Of a DNA stretch of 64,000 nucleotides, positions 25,434-38,435 are shown piece by piece (the stretch's first letter is position 1; every line of letters starts with the position of its first letter). A model generated the notes under the pieces. It ran no database searches and was not told the origin of the DNA. It was given only the letters and a program-made list of their open reading frames with translations. A program made the translations under genes and the position numbers. Source of the DNA: Ranitomeya imitator (taxonomy: Eukaryota); assembly GCF_032444005.1 (NCBI RefSeq), contig NC_091290.1, forward strand, positions 7,564,001-7,628,000. Direction: 5' to 3'.

Positions 25434-26959
25434 CACTGTGCGCAGAATTATTAGGCAAGTTGTATTTTAGAGGATTATTTTTATTATTGATCAACAATTA
25501 TTTTATCAATCAACCCAAAATCCAAAAATATTAAGCTTTGATATTTGAGTAAGTTGCAGTGGGGTATTTTAGATTTGGCTCTTAGAAGGATGTTTGTGCA
25601 GGTAACTATTACTGTGCAGAATTATTAGGCAACTTAATAAAAACCAAATATATTCCCATCTCACTTGTTTATTTTCACCAGGTAAATCTCCGAGCACTAA
25701 AAAATACTCGGAGGACCCCCGAGCGTGCTCTGGAAATCTCGAGTAACGAGTACATTCGCTCATCACTAATAGCCCCCTTTCTTTCTGATGACGCTCGGCA
25801 GCCTCCATCCATAGATTCTGTCAGTTGCTTGATCTGTTTACTACCAACATTGTGTGCAGCGGCCACCACAGCCTCCAGACACTGCTCCGAGAGGTGGACT
25901 GTGCTCCCTCCCTGTAGATCTCACATTTTATGAGGGACCACAGGTTCTCTATGGGGTTCAGATCAGGTGAACAAGGGGCCATGTCATTATTTGTTCTTCT
26001 TTGAGACCTTTACTGGCCAGCCACGCTGTGGAGTAGTTGGAGGCTGTGATGGAGCATTGTCCTGCATGAAAATCATGTTTTTCTTGACCGATACCGACTT
26101 CTTCCTGGACCACTGCTTGAAGAAGTCTTCCAGAAACTGGCAGTAGGTCTGGGAGTTGAGCTTCACTCCATCCTCAACCTGAAAAGATCCCACAAGTCCA
26201 TCTTTGATGATCCCAGCCCATACCAGTCCCCCACCTCCACCTTGCTGGGTCTGAGTCGGAGTGGAGCTCTCTGCCCTTTACTGATCCAGCCTCCGGCCCG
26301 TCCATCCGGCCCATCAAGAGTCACTCTCATCTCATCAGTCCAGAAAACCTGTGAGAAGTCAGTCTTCAGATATTTCTTGGCCCAGTCTTGACGTTTTATC
26401 TTATGTTTCTCGTTTTTCAGCCTTCCTTACCTTGGCCATGTCTCTGAGTATCGCACACCTTGTGTTTTTTGTTACTCCAGTAACGTTGCAGCTCTGAAAT
26501 ATGGCAAAACTGGTGGCAAATGGCATCTTGGCAGCTTCACGCTTGATTTTCCACAATTCATGGGCAGTTATTTTGCGCCATTTTTGCCCAATACGATTTT
26601 TGCGACCCTGTTGGCTATTTGCCATGAAACGTTTGATTGTTCGGTGATCACGCTTCAAAAGTTTGGCAATTTCCAGACTGCTGCTCCCTCTGCAGACATC
26701 TCAAAATTGTGGACTTTTCAGAGCCGTCAAATCTCTCTTCTGACCCATTTTGGAAAAGGAAAGGAAGTTGCCTAATAATTAAGCACACCTCATATAGGGT
26801 TCTGATGTCATTAGACAACACCCCTCCTCATTACAGAGATGCAATCACCGGATTTACTGCATTGGTAGTTGGCTCTCAGCCTGAACAGCTTGGAGGAGGA
26901 CAACAAGTATAAAGTGTCATGTGATCAGAATACAACTTGCCTAATAATTCTGCACAGTG
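25434..26959 (-). mobile_element. Near full-length Tc1-family transposon with IR/DR-type ends and TA flanks; transposase decayed
   Basis: Inverted termini cactgtg(cg)cagaattattaggcaagttgtatt at both ends, TA on each side, and inner direct repeats (~25613, ~26768). Transposase pieces MGQKRD..., KRDHRTIKRF, FMQDNAPS and PDLNPIENLW on the minus strand. Confidence 0.9.
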
Positions 26960-27329
26960 TATATCCATTTTTTAAGCGTTGCAGATTCAGAGGAATCGTA
27001 GCCGTGTACGCACCGAGCGCGGATTTACAACCCTCATATATTCAGGCCGTAGAAGTTTCCAGTATTTGAACCCGAGTAAATTATGAAATTCACGTATTTG
27101 TCCACGTTGAAGGAAATGTAAAATCTCAGTTCATGACAACTGCAAGAAACTCAAAATCGTGCATCTGTAAAATTCAGAATATTTGTGTGGATGTTCTCAT
27201 AGTCTCCATTATGGTAAAGAGATAAATCTCAAATCTGCACAGTCAGCCCTAACAATGTGCGACTCCGGGGTCAGATGGGGGATGCAGGCCACGCTCCAGG
27301 CACCAGGCCAGGAGAAATGGGGGTAACAC

Positions 27330-27570
27330 TGTGGGGCCAGGAGTAATGGGGCCAACAATGCGGGGGCCAAGAGTAATGGGGGTAACGCTGCGGGGCCAAG
27401 AGTAATGGGTCCAACGGTTTAGAGGCCAGGAGTAATGGGGCCAACGGATTGGGAGCCAGGAGTAATGGGGCCAACAGTCCAGGGGGCAGAAGTAATGGGG
27501 CCAATGGACCAGGAGCCAGGAGTAATGGGGCCAAAGGTCTGGGGGCCAGGAGTAATGGAGCCAAAGGTCA
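27330..27570. repeat. Degenerate ~30-bp repeat (ggggccaggagtaatggggccaa)
   Basis: Visible diverged units. Confidence 0.7.
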
Positions 27571-27907
27571 CAGAATGAACTTCAATCCAATATTGCAGCC
27601 AGCGGGTAAGGAAAGGGTGAATCAGCACCCGAAAACTCCGCCCATATGACCGAAAACCAGTCCTGCCAAATTCAGGTGACAGGTTCCCTTTAATGCTAAA
27701 ATCCAAATCCCTAGTTTCCCTAGTGTGCACAACCATTGAACAAATAATACATTTGTGGATGATTGCGTCTTCCACTAGGGGGCGCTCACTGCACAGGAAC
27801 GTACACAGCTCCTATTGAACTCTGCAGTAATTTCATTTCTACTGTGCTCCCCCTGGTGGAGGAAGAGTGGAATGACAAAGACCAATTGTCCTTTTAATTT
27901 TTATTTC

Positions 27908-29290
27908 AGAAATCAATAGTAACATGAAGATAAGACACTTTGTAATAAATCTTATCAGAGAAATCTGCTTCCTTCTGGTCAGGACTGATCTTTCATTTTA
28001 TGAGTGAAAGCTGCCCATAGTGAAGACAGATCTTCTCATTACTGAGAAAAGAGATGACAGTTGGTGCTTATAATACTCCATAGAGGCATCAAGAGCTAGA
28101 GGGAGATACATGGGGGAGAATGGAGGAGATAAAGGCAGGTACATAAAGGGGTGGAGCTAGAGGCAGACCCAGGAGGAGGAGCTAGAGGCAGATGCATAAA
28201 GGGAGGAGCTAGAAGACAGGGGAGGAGCTAGAGGCAGATATATAAAGGGGAGGAGCTAGAGGCAGACACATAAAGGGGAGGAGCTAGAGGCAGATACATA
28301 AAGGGAGGAGCTAGAAGCAGATACATAAAGGGAGGAGCTAGAGGCAGATATATAAAGGGAGGAGCTAGAAGCAGACAGGGAGGAACTAGAGGCAAATACA
28401 TAAAGGAGAGGAGCTAGAGGCAGATACATAAAGGGAGGAGCTAGAGGCAGATACATAAAGGGAGGAGCTAGAAGCAGATACATAAAGGGAGGAGCTAGAG
28501 GCAGATATATAAAGGGAGGAGCTAGAAGCAGACAGGGAGGAACTAGAGGCAAATACATAAAGGAGAGGAGCTAGAGGCAGATACATAAAGGGAGGAGCTA
28601 GAGGCAGATACATAAAGGGGAGGAGCTAGAGGCAGATACATAAAGGGAGGAGCTAGAGGCAGATATATAAAGGGGAGGAGCTAGAGGCAGATACATAAAG
28701 GGAGGAGCTAGAGGCAGATACATTAAGGGAGGAGCTAGAGGCAGATATATAAAGGGGAGGAGCTAGATGCAGATACATAAAGGGAGGAGCTAGAAGCAGA
28801 CAGGGAGGAACTAGAGGCAAATACATAAAGGAGAGGAGCTAGAGGCAGATACATAAAGGGAGGAGCTAGAGGCAGATACATAAAGGGGAGGAGCTAGAGG
28901 CAGATACATAAAGGGAGGAGCTAGAGGCAGATATATAAAGGGGAGGAGCTAGAGGCAGATACATAAAGGGAGGAGCTAGAAGCAGACAGGGAGGAACTAG
29001 AGGCAAATACATAAAGGGGAGGAGCTAGAGGCAGATACATAAAGGGGAGGAACAACATATATTCTTCAGTATATTCTCCAGATATAGTTACATTTTCCAT
29101 AGAACGTTATAAGCACCAACTGTCATGTCCTGTCTCACTACTGGGAACGTCTGTATTCAGTAAAGACAGATTTTACCTGAGAACTGAGAATTTTGAGAAT
29201 AAAAGCTCAGTCCAGGTGGAGAAAGAAGCAGATTTTTATTCTCAGATATATTACAAAGTTTCTTATTCTTTTTACATGAACTATTGATTT
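27908..29290. mobile_element. Foldback/MITE-like element: diverged ~180-bp inverted arms (27908-28082 and 29097-29290) around a minisatellite
   Basis: gacagttggtgcttataa versus ttataagcaccaactgtc; aaatcaatagt and ctttgtaata have matching reverse complements in the right arm. Confidence 0.65.
28140..29055. repeat. ~28-30-bp purine-rich minisatellite (ggaggagctagaggcagatacataaagg)
   Basis: Visible tandem units. Confidence 0.93.
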
Positions 29291-30067
29291 ATGGGGGGAA
29301 AAAAATCCTTAAAATGACAGTCGCTCTATAACCTGCCGGGACCCCTTCCCCTTGTGTTCATGTAAGTTTTCAGGCTTGCTGAGCGTCGCCGGGCCCCTGT
29401 ATATGTTCTGTATCAGGGGCCGCTTCGTCCTCTCCGGCTCGTATCTCACACGGAACATTCAGTATCATTTGTTTCCAAACTTCTCATCTCCTGAACTTTC
29501 CCGTCCTCTGATGGTGATCCGCCGCGTGGAGCCGCGCTGAGATGTCGCCGCCGATCCCTCAATAGACGCGATTCTCCTTCATTGTCCGGATATGTAAGAG
29601 GATCCCGGCTGAGCGATGACTGCCGGACTTGTTCTCCCTGCAGCCCCCAATAGATTTTCTTGGCTCCTCTCCTATAGCCGGAGGGTCCGCCATTCTTCTT
29701 GTTGCCTTGGTGACACTGTTCTCCTCCCCCCTGGCTCGCTGCTGCCGCCGACACCGCATGTGTGATCTGATGCCTTTGATCAGATGACTCAAAATACCGG
29801 GAACACATTCATAATCTCAACACGAATTAATGAGTTAGGAAGAAAACTGCATAAAATCAGGAGCCGGGAAAAAAAGGAGCAGCCGCTTACATGAATAGAA
29901 TGTAAAAACACTGAGGACAAAGCAGCAACTTACATATCAAAGAAATGATAAATTATGTTATCTCTGCAAAAAACTATGAGGGTAACATCCCTGGTGGTCT
30001 AGGGCAGTGAGTTTATAACATACATGGTGGTCTAGGGCAGTGAATAACCTTATAATATGCCTGGTGG

Positions 30068-30480
30068 TCACTACAACCAGGAGACACAGAGTGGCTATAT
30101 AGAAATGGACATGAAGACTACTGGGTCTACAGTAATCATGGAAAATACATTACTTTTACAGGCTTTCTGGTTTACTCAGAGATATAAATCAACACATGGA
30201 AACAAGCTCCAAAGCAGAAATTATTACAAAAATGGGAAGGGTACCGTAATGCAGGGGTCCCCAACTCCAGTCCTCAAGGCCCACCAACAGGTCATGTTTT
30301 CAGGATTTCCTTTGCATTGCACAGGTGATGCAATTATTACCTGGGCAAGACTAAGGAAATCCTGAAAACATGACCTGTTGGTGGGCCTTGAGGACTGGAG
30401 TTGGGGACCCCTGCCGTAATGGGTCTGGCGGCAATGCAAGACTATGAGTAGTATGTAAAGCTGGATTATATAGGTGGTCT
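30068..30480 (+). pseudogene. Diverged partial copy of the C1QTNF4 3' end and start of the 3'UTR
   Basis: Translates [38 protein letters not shown] versus [38 protein letters not shown] in the gene (31916 onward); similarity continues into the 3'UTR after removing the MITE. Confidence 0.85.
30252..30413. mobile_element. 162-bp hAT-type MITE with 8-bp target-site duplication CCGTAATG
   Basis: About 60-bp perfect TIRs (caggggtccccaactccagtcctcaaggcccaccaacaggtcatgttttcaggatttcc); TSD at 30244-30251 and 30414-30421. Confidence 0.9.
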
Positions 30481-30985
30481 TGGGCAGTGAGTTTATAATA
30501 TCACTGTTGATCTAGGGCAGGTAATGAGTTTACAACATGCCTGGTGGTCTAGGCAAGGCTGTGGAGTCGGTAAGCCAAACCTCTGACTCTTACTCCTCAA
30601 TTTCCATGACTACACAACTCTGACTCCACAGAACTGGTCACTACCGAGCATGAACATAAAGTGCAGCACAGATTCATCTCAGCTAAAAGCCGAGATCCTT
30701 AGATCAGTTACAGAACAGCCATTTATAGGACTTTTCATAACCTTCCCCAAATTTACAGCACATCTTGCACTGAACTACTGAACCCAATGTATTATATATT
30801 TTAAGAGTCAGTAGACTGCAACTCAGACTGCACAACCCTGGGTGTGGGCAGTGAAGGGATTAACTATTAACAAGTACTGTATGCAAAATTAACTGTACTC
30901 ATAGGACCATCAGGGATTTCTTGATGTCTTCATCTGTTTAGGGGTTGGAGAATAATGTCATGTTTTTTGTCTTTCTTCAGGCAGG

Positions 30986-32089
30986 ATGTCTGCTTCCAGT
31001 ATTTCAGCCCTTGTTGGAGCATGCGTTCATCTCCTTCTCTTTGCTCCGGTGGTCCTCGGTACAGATTATCGTTCAGCATTTTCTGTTGCTCGAACAACCA
31101 GTATGGAAGGGGGTCCCGAAATGGTCATCACGTTTGACAAAGTCTATGTCAATATCGGAGGTGACTTTGACCCCAAGTCTGGGATTTTCAGATGTCGCAT
31201 CCCTGGAGCTTATTATTTTTCCTTTACCATTGGAAAGTTTCCCAAGAAGAACCTGTCAGTCATGCTGATGAAGAATAAGAATGAAGTTCAGGTCATCATC
31301 TACGACGAGCATCACCACAAAGAAAGAAAGGTCGCGAGTCAGAGCGCCATGTTGCAGCTGGACTATGGAGACACGGCTTGGCTTCGCCTTCATGGAGATG
31401 CAAAGTACGCCCTGTACAGTAATGTGGGACCTTATACCACCTTCAATGGTTACTTGATCTACCCCGATACATCCTATTATTTCCAGACCGGCAGTGAATC
31501 CTATAAACTTCAAAGCTCTCAAAATGTAATCACATCTACAGAAGGGTCCTCAGAACAAAATGAGGTCTACAAAAAGTACATTGTAAGCGACCACCAACAC
31601 ATGAACACGGACCCTCGGTCTGCTTTCTCCGTGGCCCGAACTGAAAGTCTTGTTGGGTCCGAGGACAAGAAGATCCTACATCAACCAATCACTTTTGACA
31701 CTGAATTTGTTAACATCGGGAAGGACTTTAACCTTTCATCTGGTGAGTTTCACTGTCGGATACCTGGAGCGTATTATTTTTCCTTTACTATAGGGAAAAT
31801 GCCTTATAAAACCATGTCCGTCAAGCTGATGAAGAACAAGAACGAGGTTCAGGCAATGATTTACGATGACAGCCTCTCAAAAAAACGTGAAATGCAGAGT
31901 CAAAGCGTGATGCTATCACTACAACCGGGAGACACAGTATGGCTATACAGCCATGGACATGAAGGCTACGGAGTCTACAGTAATCATGGAAAATACATTA
32001 CTTTCACAGGCTTTCTGGTATATCCGGAGATAACATACAAGCAACACATGGAAACAAACTCCAAACCAGAAATTATTACAAAGATTTGA
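30986..32089 (+). CDS. C1QTNF4: Complement C1q TNF-related protein 4 (CTRP4): signal peptide plus two tandem C1q domains, 367 aa
   Basis: [36 protein letters not shown] and [17 protein letters not shown] match CTRP4. Acceptor ctttcttcag| lies 5 nt before the ATG. Synteny fits. Confidence 0.97.
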   Translation: MSASSISALVGACVHLLLFAPVVLGTDYRSAFSVARTTSMEGGPEMVITFDKVYVNIGGDFDPKSGIFRCRIPGAYYFSFTIGKFPKKNLSVMLMKNKNEVQVIIYDEHHHKERKVASQSAMLQLDYGDTAWLRLHGDAKYALYSNVGPYTTFNGYLIYPDTSYYFQTGSESYKLQSSQNVITSTEGSSEQNEVYKKYIVSDHQHMNTDPRSAFSVARTESLVGSEDKKILHQPITFDTEFVNIGKDFNLSSGEFHCRIPGAYYFSFTIGKMPYKTMSVKLMKNKNEVQAMIYDDSLSKKREMQSQSVMLSLQPGDTVWLYSHGHEGYGVYSNHGKYITFTGFLVYPEITYKQHMETNSKPEIITKI

Positions 32090-33804
32090 AGGGTACTGTA
32101 ATGGGTACAGTGACAATGCCAGACTATTACTAGTATATAAAGGTGGATTATATAGGTGGTCTAAGCACATATGGTGCAACTGAGACATTAGGCACATGTT
32201 TGTATTATCTTCTCACTGATTTTAGTTATGTTTGTACCATTGCTCATTGTGTCATAGATAGCGCCTCCTAATGCATACGGCACCCAGAATTTCTTGAACA
32301 TTGACCATTAGATTGTATGCAGTCTTAGAGCATCAAATATAAGAGACACCATGCTCAAATGTAAAATATATCCGCTAGTTTCAGAGCATTGACGTGAATG
32401 AAACTGGACTTCCAAATTACTAGATTTGGGCTAAAAAAGCCAATATAATAGGCCAGTGAAAAGTTTTATCCATTTAGGACTCCTCTTGCTCAAATGTCGC
32501 ACGTCCAGCAAACACAAAAGTACCTCCTCTCATATAATAGGAGGAAAGTGTTGATCTTGACGATTGGTGAAACACTGTGAATATTCCTTTTAAGAGGACC
32601 AGGCACTAGATCAAGTGTGACGAGATTTTACTCTTATTTTATCCCAGCTGTCCTGATTATTTTTTTTTATTCAGCATATGGTTCCATAGATATTAGCCGT
32701 TTTATGTAGTGCTAATTTTTATGGTCTTTATGAAGCAGACGTAGCTCACGGGATCCTCTGGGGCGTGTCTTTAGGCTGCTCTGCATAATTAAGCCATGAG
32801 CCACGCCTCCTTAGTAAAGACCATAAAAATAAAAAAAAAAAAGGCCATGAACAAAAATGGCTCATATCTCTGACACCATATGACGGATTTTAGAAAAACA
32901 AAAAATAGAATAATTAGTGGAGCAGCGGGAAGAAAATAAGAGCTGGACACTTGACTTAGTGACAGGTCTAATTTTAAATGCAGTTGCATCTACATTTCCA
33001 CTATTTTTATGGAGCTACTTCTTAAATCCCCTCCACTTGTGATCATCTATTGATAGGACCAGTGACATCGGTCTGTGTCTCCATTCATAGAGTTGTCATT
33101 CACCGCTCATCCAAGTGTCGGTGGGCATGTTCTAGATCTGTGTAGTGCATAAGTGGAGTGGGGAACTTCCCCGTGTCCGTAGTGTAAGGAGTGTATGCAG
33201 GAGGAGGCCGCTCCGACCGACATAAGACAGTGTAAGATACACAGAAGCCACGCAGAACGTGCCGTACGTTACACTACCAGGCGGCGATAAGAGGGGAATA
33301 AAATCATTTTCTATTTCCCATGTGTTTTGGCAATTCTAAATGTCATTAATGGAGTATGTTTATGCAAATAGGAGTGATTTCATGGAGATGCGTCCTGTGG
33401 GAACCATCGCTCCTGATGCCAGCAGTTAATTAAACCTGCTAATGAGCCCTTGTATTTCACCAGCAGGCGGCACAGAACAGACATGCGGCGGATTAGGAGC
33501 CACTGACACATGGTTTGCAGGTGCTGTGATAATTGGGGGTTTTCTGGGGAAGGAGGATTTGGAGCTGGTTCATATGATTATTTCACGCGGTATTTGGTGC
33601 CAAAACAAGGAGAGGATTTATGAAAAGAATAGCCGCCTCTGTGCTTTGCACGTCCCCTCTATTCTCAATCCCGGAGGTCCTGTCAATGATGTTAGGACCC
33701 CGTGCACCTGCGTTCTCTGGGGTCGTATGGTCATCAGCTCCAGTGCGCGCTGAATAAACCCTTTAACTCATGCAGAAAATTTCCCACCCAATCAATCAAC
33801 CCCC

Positions 33805-35175
33805 TGTCCTGCGCCTGCTGTGAGTAGAGGACGAGCTCTAGTACCCTGTGCCTGCTGTGAGTAGAGGACGAGCTGTAGTACCCTGCGCCTGCTGCGAGTA
33901 GAGGACGAGCTGTACTACCCTGCGCCTGCTGTGAGTAGAGGATGAGCTGTAGTACCCTGCGCCTGCTGTGAGTAGAGGACGAGCTCTAGTACCCTGCGCC
34001 TGCTGTGAGTAGAGGACGAGCTGTACTACCCTGCGCCTGCTGTGAGTAGAGGACGAGCTGTAGTACCCTGCGCCTGCTGTGAGTAGAGGATGAGCTCTAG
34101 TACCCTGCGCCTGCTGTGAGTAGAGGACGAGCTGTACTACCCTGCGCCTGCTGTGAGTAGAGGACGAGCTCTAGTACCCTGCGCCTGCTGTGAGTAGAGG
34201 ACGAGCTCTAGTACCCTGCGCCTGCTGTGAGTAGAGGACGAGCTCTAGTACCCTGCGCCTGCTGTGAGTAGAGGACGAGCTCTAGTACCCTGCGCCTGCT
34301 GTGAGTAGAGGATGAGCTCTAGTACCCTGCGCCGGCTGTGAGTAGAGGACGAGCTCTAGTACCCTGCGCCTGCTGTGAGTAGAGGATAAGCTCTAGCACC
34401 CTGCGCCTGCTTTGAGTAGAGGACGAGCTCTAGTACCCTGCGCCTGCTGTGAGTAGAGGATAAGCTCTAGTACCCTGCGCCTGCTTTGAGTAGAGGACGA
34501 GCTCTAGTACCCTGCGCCTGCTGTGAGAGGACGAACTCTAGTACCCTGCGCCTGCTGTTAGTAGAGGACGAGCTGTAGTACCCTGCGCCTGCTGCGAGTA
34601 GAGGACGAGCTGTAGTACCCTGCGCCTGCTGTGAGTAGAGGATGAGCTGTAGTACCCTGCGCCTGCTGTGAGTAGAGGACGAGCTCTAGTACCCTGTGCC
34701 TGCTGTGAGTAGAGGACGAGCTGTACTACCCTGCGCCTGCTGTGAGTAGAGGACGAGCTGTAGTACCCTGCACCTGCTGTGAGTAGAGGACGAGCTCTAG
34801 TACCCTGCGCCTGCTGTGAGTAGAGGACGAGCTGTACTACCCTGCGCCTGCTGTGAGTAGAGGACGAGCTCTAGTACCCTGCGCCTGCTGTGAGTAGAGG
34901 ATGAGCTCTAGTACCCTGCGCCTGCTGTGAGTAGAGGACGAGCTGTACTACCCTGCGCCTGCTGTGAGTAGAGGACGAGCTCTAGTACCCTGCGCCTGCT
35001 GTGAGTAGAGGACGAGCTGTACTACCCTGCGCCTGCTGTGAGTAGAGGACGAGCTCTAGTACCCTGCGCCTGCTGTGAGTAGAGGACAAGCTCTAGCACC
35101 CTGCGCCTGCTGTGAGTAGAGGACGAGCTGTACTACCCTGCGCCTGCTGTGAGTAGAGGACGAGCTGCAGTACTG
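33805..35175. repeat. 37-bp minisatellite (cctgcgcctgctgtgagtagaggacgagctctagtac)
   Basis: Visible tandem units. Confidence 0.95.
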
Positions 35176-36091
35176 AGATCAGCCTCCACGCCATGTGTGG
35201 GGCTGTGAGGTTCTGGTCCATACATAGTCTGCGCCTGCTGATCGCTGCAGGGCCGAGTGTTGGACCCACCAATCTGATATTAATGACCTTTCCTAAGGAT
35301 ATGTCACCAACATCATAGATTCCAGACAACCCCCTTAAGTCTCTGTTCACACCTCACTCTGTGAACATGCACATACACGTACAAACATAAGACCCCATAC
35401 ACCATATCAATGAAAACACTAATTTTTGGCACATGGTTCATTGTAATACCGGTTACCTTTTCTGTATAGAGAGGCGCCATAAGATGCTGCATTATACTGG
35501 GTGCAAACGTCTAGCAAAGAGCGACATCTGCCACCGCATGCTTGGAGGGTGCATATGTTGGGGGTCTCGATTGGAAGAATAGGTCACAGCAAAAAGATTT
35601 CCATGACCCTGGTCCAGTAGCCACGTTGGTAGTCTTGGCTGATGGACCTGAACGCTACGTCTCTGCTACCTACGACGCCTCTCAACGTGGGAGGGATAAA
35701 AGCGCGACGTCGGGCCAGACCTACTATTCTAAAGAAAAGGAGTCAGGGACGCCGACAGGTAAGTGGCAGCTCCACTGAATACCAGCCTGACCACCAGGGC
35801 CCTGTTAATCTCTTTTCTGCACAAAACGAAGTGTGAACACGGCAGAAGGAACGATCGTTTGGCCCAAATGGACAGATGCATGTTTGTCCTAATACACTAG
35901 GGCATTGATCTCGTGAACACCATGAGCGCCCCACAGCAGGTGAAGGGTCCTATTCATGTTAATGGGGAAAACTCAATGATATGAACAAATCAAAGCTAAA
36001 AACAAAGGCAGAAGGTTCAGAAGAGCAAAGACGAGAGAAGACACATCAAACCTTCTACTAACACCCGGACGCTTCTCCAAGACTTCAGAGC

Positions 36092-36097
36092 TTTATT
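36092..36097 (-). terminator. Probable NDUFS3 polyadenylation signal AATAAA
   Basis: tttatt on +, about 60 nt after the TGA. Confidence 0.6.
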
Positions 36098-36154
36098 CTA
36101 TGTACATAAATATTGTTTTTCGGGGCTGTGGACGACCTCACGTCTGCGCCGGCT

Positions 36155-36319
36155 TCACTTTGCTTCTTTCGTTTCTCCTGCCTCCAGCTTCGGGCTCTCT
36201 TGCGCCTCCCGGTGGGCTGGGAAGGCCTCCCATGGGCTACTCAAGTCAAATTTTCTGAACTCTTGGGCCAACTGCACCGGCTCGGCCACCACACGCTTCA
36301 CCTCGTCATCATAACGAAC
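36155..36319 (-). CDS. NDUFS3: NDUFS3 exon 7, [34 protein letters not shown]...EAK*
   Basis: ccttccag| acceptor; conserved complex I 30-kDa subunit C-terminus; TGA. Confidence 0.96.
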   Translation of the reverse strand, partial: VRYDDEVKRVVAEPVQLAQEFRKFDLSSPWEAFPAHREAQESPKLEAGETKEAK

Positions 36320-36585
36320 CTGGAAGGACATGACATTCTGTATGTGCCATCACAGGGGGTCTGACCTCCGGGACCACCGCTGCATCTCCATCACTGTTCT
36401 CCCCCTGCAGAGGGCCATTCCTGACCCCTGGGGTCGGCAGGAGTTCCCTGCACAGACGAGGTGAGAGCGCTGCCGAAAAGGGACAGCACTGCCGAAAAGG
36501 GACAGCGCTGCCGAAAAGGGAGGACCCCCAGTATTAGAATTCAAGAGCGCCCCCTGCAGCCGTAAAATCATAAATGACATATTTA

Positions 36586-36759
<174 letters not shown>

Positions 36760-37147
36760 CTAAGACATCACACAGAAATGCAATCAGCAAAGATCGCTGG
36801 GAAAGCGCCATTTCTTATAAAAACGCTAAAAGGAGATTCCAGAATGGAAACCTTCATGAGAAAACAGAGGAGAATTCCATCACCTCCAAGGAGCCGCGCT
36901 CAGGACCTGTGGGGTCCCAGTAGGTGGACCCCACCAATAAGTGATGCCCCTGATTGATCTATAACGTCACATTGATCATTGATGTTTATGGTGGAATCAG
37001 CCAATCACATCCATAAATCCCCAGTTCCCCGGTGAGGAGCGGCGCACACGGCTGCAACAGCGCACACGGCTGGAACAGCGTCCATGTGGATTGAGTGCAG
37101 GGCCGCTGCCGACAATCACACGAGCCGCGCGCTCAGCAGTCACTCAC

Positions 37148-37273
37148 CTCCCTCTCATACCAATTTGCAGCTTTATGGATGGACTCAATGGAGTCTATAG
37201 GAGTGAGCTCATCTGCGTAAGTCTTCACACGGATCCGGGAGTTATACTGCAAGGACAGCAAGTTGTAAACAAT
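37148..37273 (-). CDS. NDUFS3: NDUFS3 exon 5, [42 protein letters not shown]
   Basis: AG/GT boundaries; 126 nt. Confidence 0.97.
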
Positions 37274-37589
37274 CTGGAAAAGATGCAGAAGGCGTGGAAT
37301 GGGTTAATCTAATGTCCGCGTGTGACGGCGCGGCACCGCCACCGTTCTCTTACAGACACATTTATTGTTCACTGCTATGATCTACTGCTCCCTGTTATCA
37401 GCCATTTCTGGCTGGGGAGACACTGACTGATGTTCCTCAATAAGACAACGGAGGGAAATGCAAGGAAATATGTGTCTCATCATGGCCGATCAGCCATAGC
37501 GATGTAGGCGCCTGCCCGACAGTCAGAAATGGCGCACCTGTAATTCACGTGTCGGGTGTATAGCGGTGGAGACGGCGGCCGGCGCTCAC

Positions 37590-37739
37590 CTCAAAGCGGT
37601 TCTGTCTCGTCGGGATATCCACAGCGGTCAGATCAGCCAAGGACTTAAACTGAGCGTTTGTGTGATCACGGAGGAACGTCAGGACGGGGACGACTCCATC
37701 AGGGTGGATCATTATCTCCAATTCTCCAAAGCAGGTGAC
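37590..37739 (-). CDS. NDUFS3: NDUFS3 exon 4, [50 protein letters not shown]
   Basis: AG/GT boundaries; 150 nt. Confidence 0.97.
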
Positions 37740-37864
37740 CTACGAGAGAACATAGAAAGAAAAGAGACGAACAATAGTCAGTGGGCAGGAGGTGAGCAGC
37801 GCTGCAGACAATCACTGTGATTAAAAGGTTTCCAGGTCTTTGGAAATCCTCAAAATAAGCTGCC

Positions 37865-38435
37865 CACAGACCTGTGACCGCCGCAGCCGCCAGACACTGA
37901 CCGCCGCCAGACACTGACCGCCGCAGCCGCCAGACACTGACCGCCGCAGCCGCCAGACACTGACCGCCGCAGCCGCCAGACACTGACCGCCGCAGCCGCC
38001 AGACACTGACCGCCGCAGCCGCCAGACACTGACCGCCGCAGCCGCCAGACACTGACCGCAGCAGCCGCCAGACACTGACCGCAGCAGCCGCCAGACACTG
38101 ACCGCAGCAGCCGCCAGACACTGACCGCAGCAGCCGCCAGACACTGACCGCCGCAGCCGCCAGACACTGACCGCAGCAGCCGCCAGACACTGACCGCAGC
38201 AGCCGCCGGACACTGACCGCAGCAGCCGCCGGACACTGACCGCAGCAGCCGCCAGACACTGACCGCAGCAGCCGCCAGACACTGACCGCAGCAGCCGCCA
38301 GACACTGACCGCAGCAGCCGCCAGACACTGACCGCAGCAGCCGCCAGACACTGACCGCAGCAGCCGCCAGACACTGACCGCAGCAGCCGCCAGACACTGA
38401 CCGCAGCAGCCGCCAGACACTGACCGCAGCAGCCC
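37865..38435. repeat. 23-bp GC-rich minisatellite (ccgcagcagccgccagacactga), NDUFS3 intron 3
   Basis: Visible tandem units; 23-aa periodicity in the ORF track. Confidence 0.95.

Noticed and set aside
35542-35836. Short ORFs ending near a cag|gtaagt donor
   Set aside because: No recognisable homology or partner exons; not FAM180-like.
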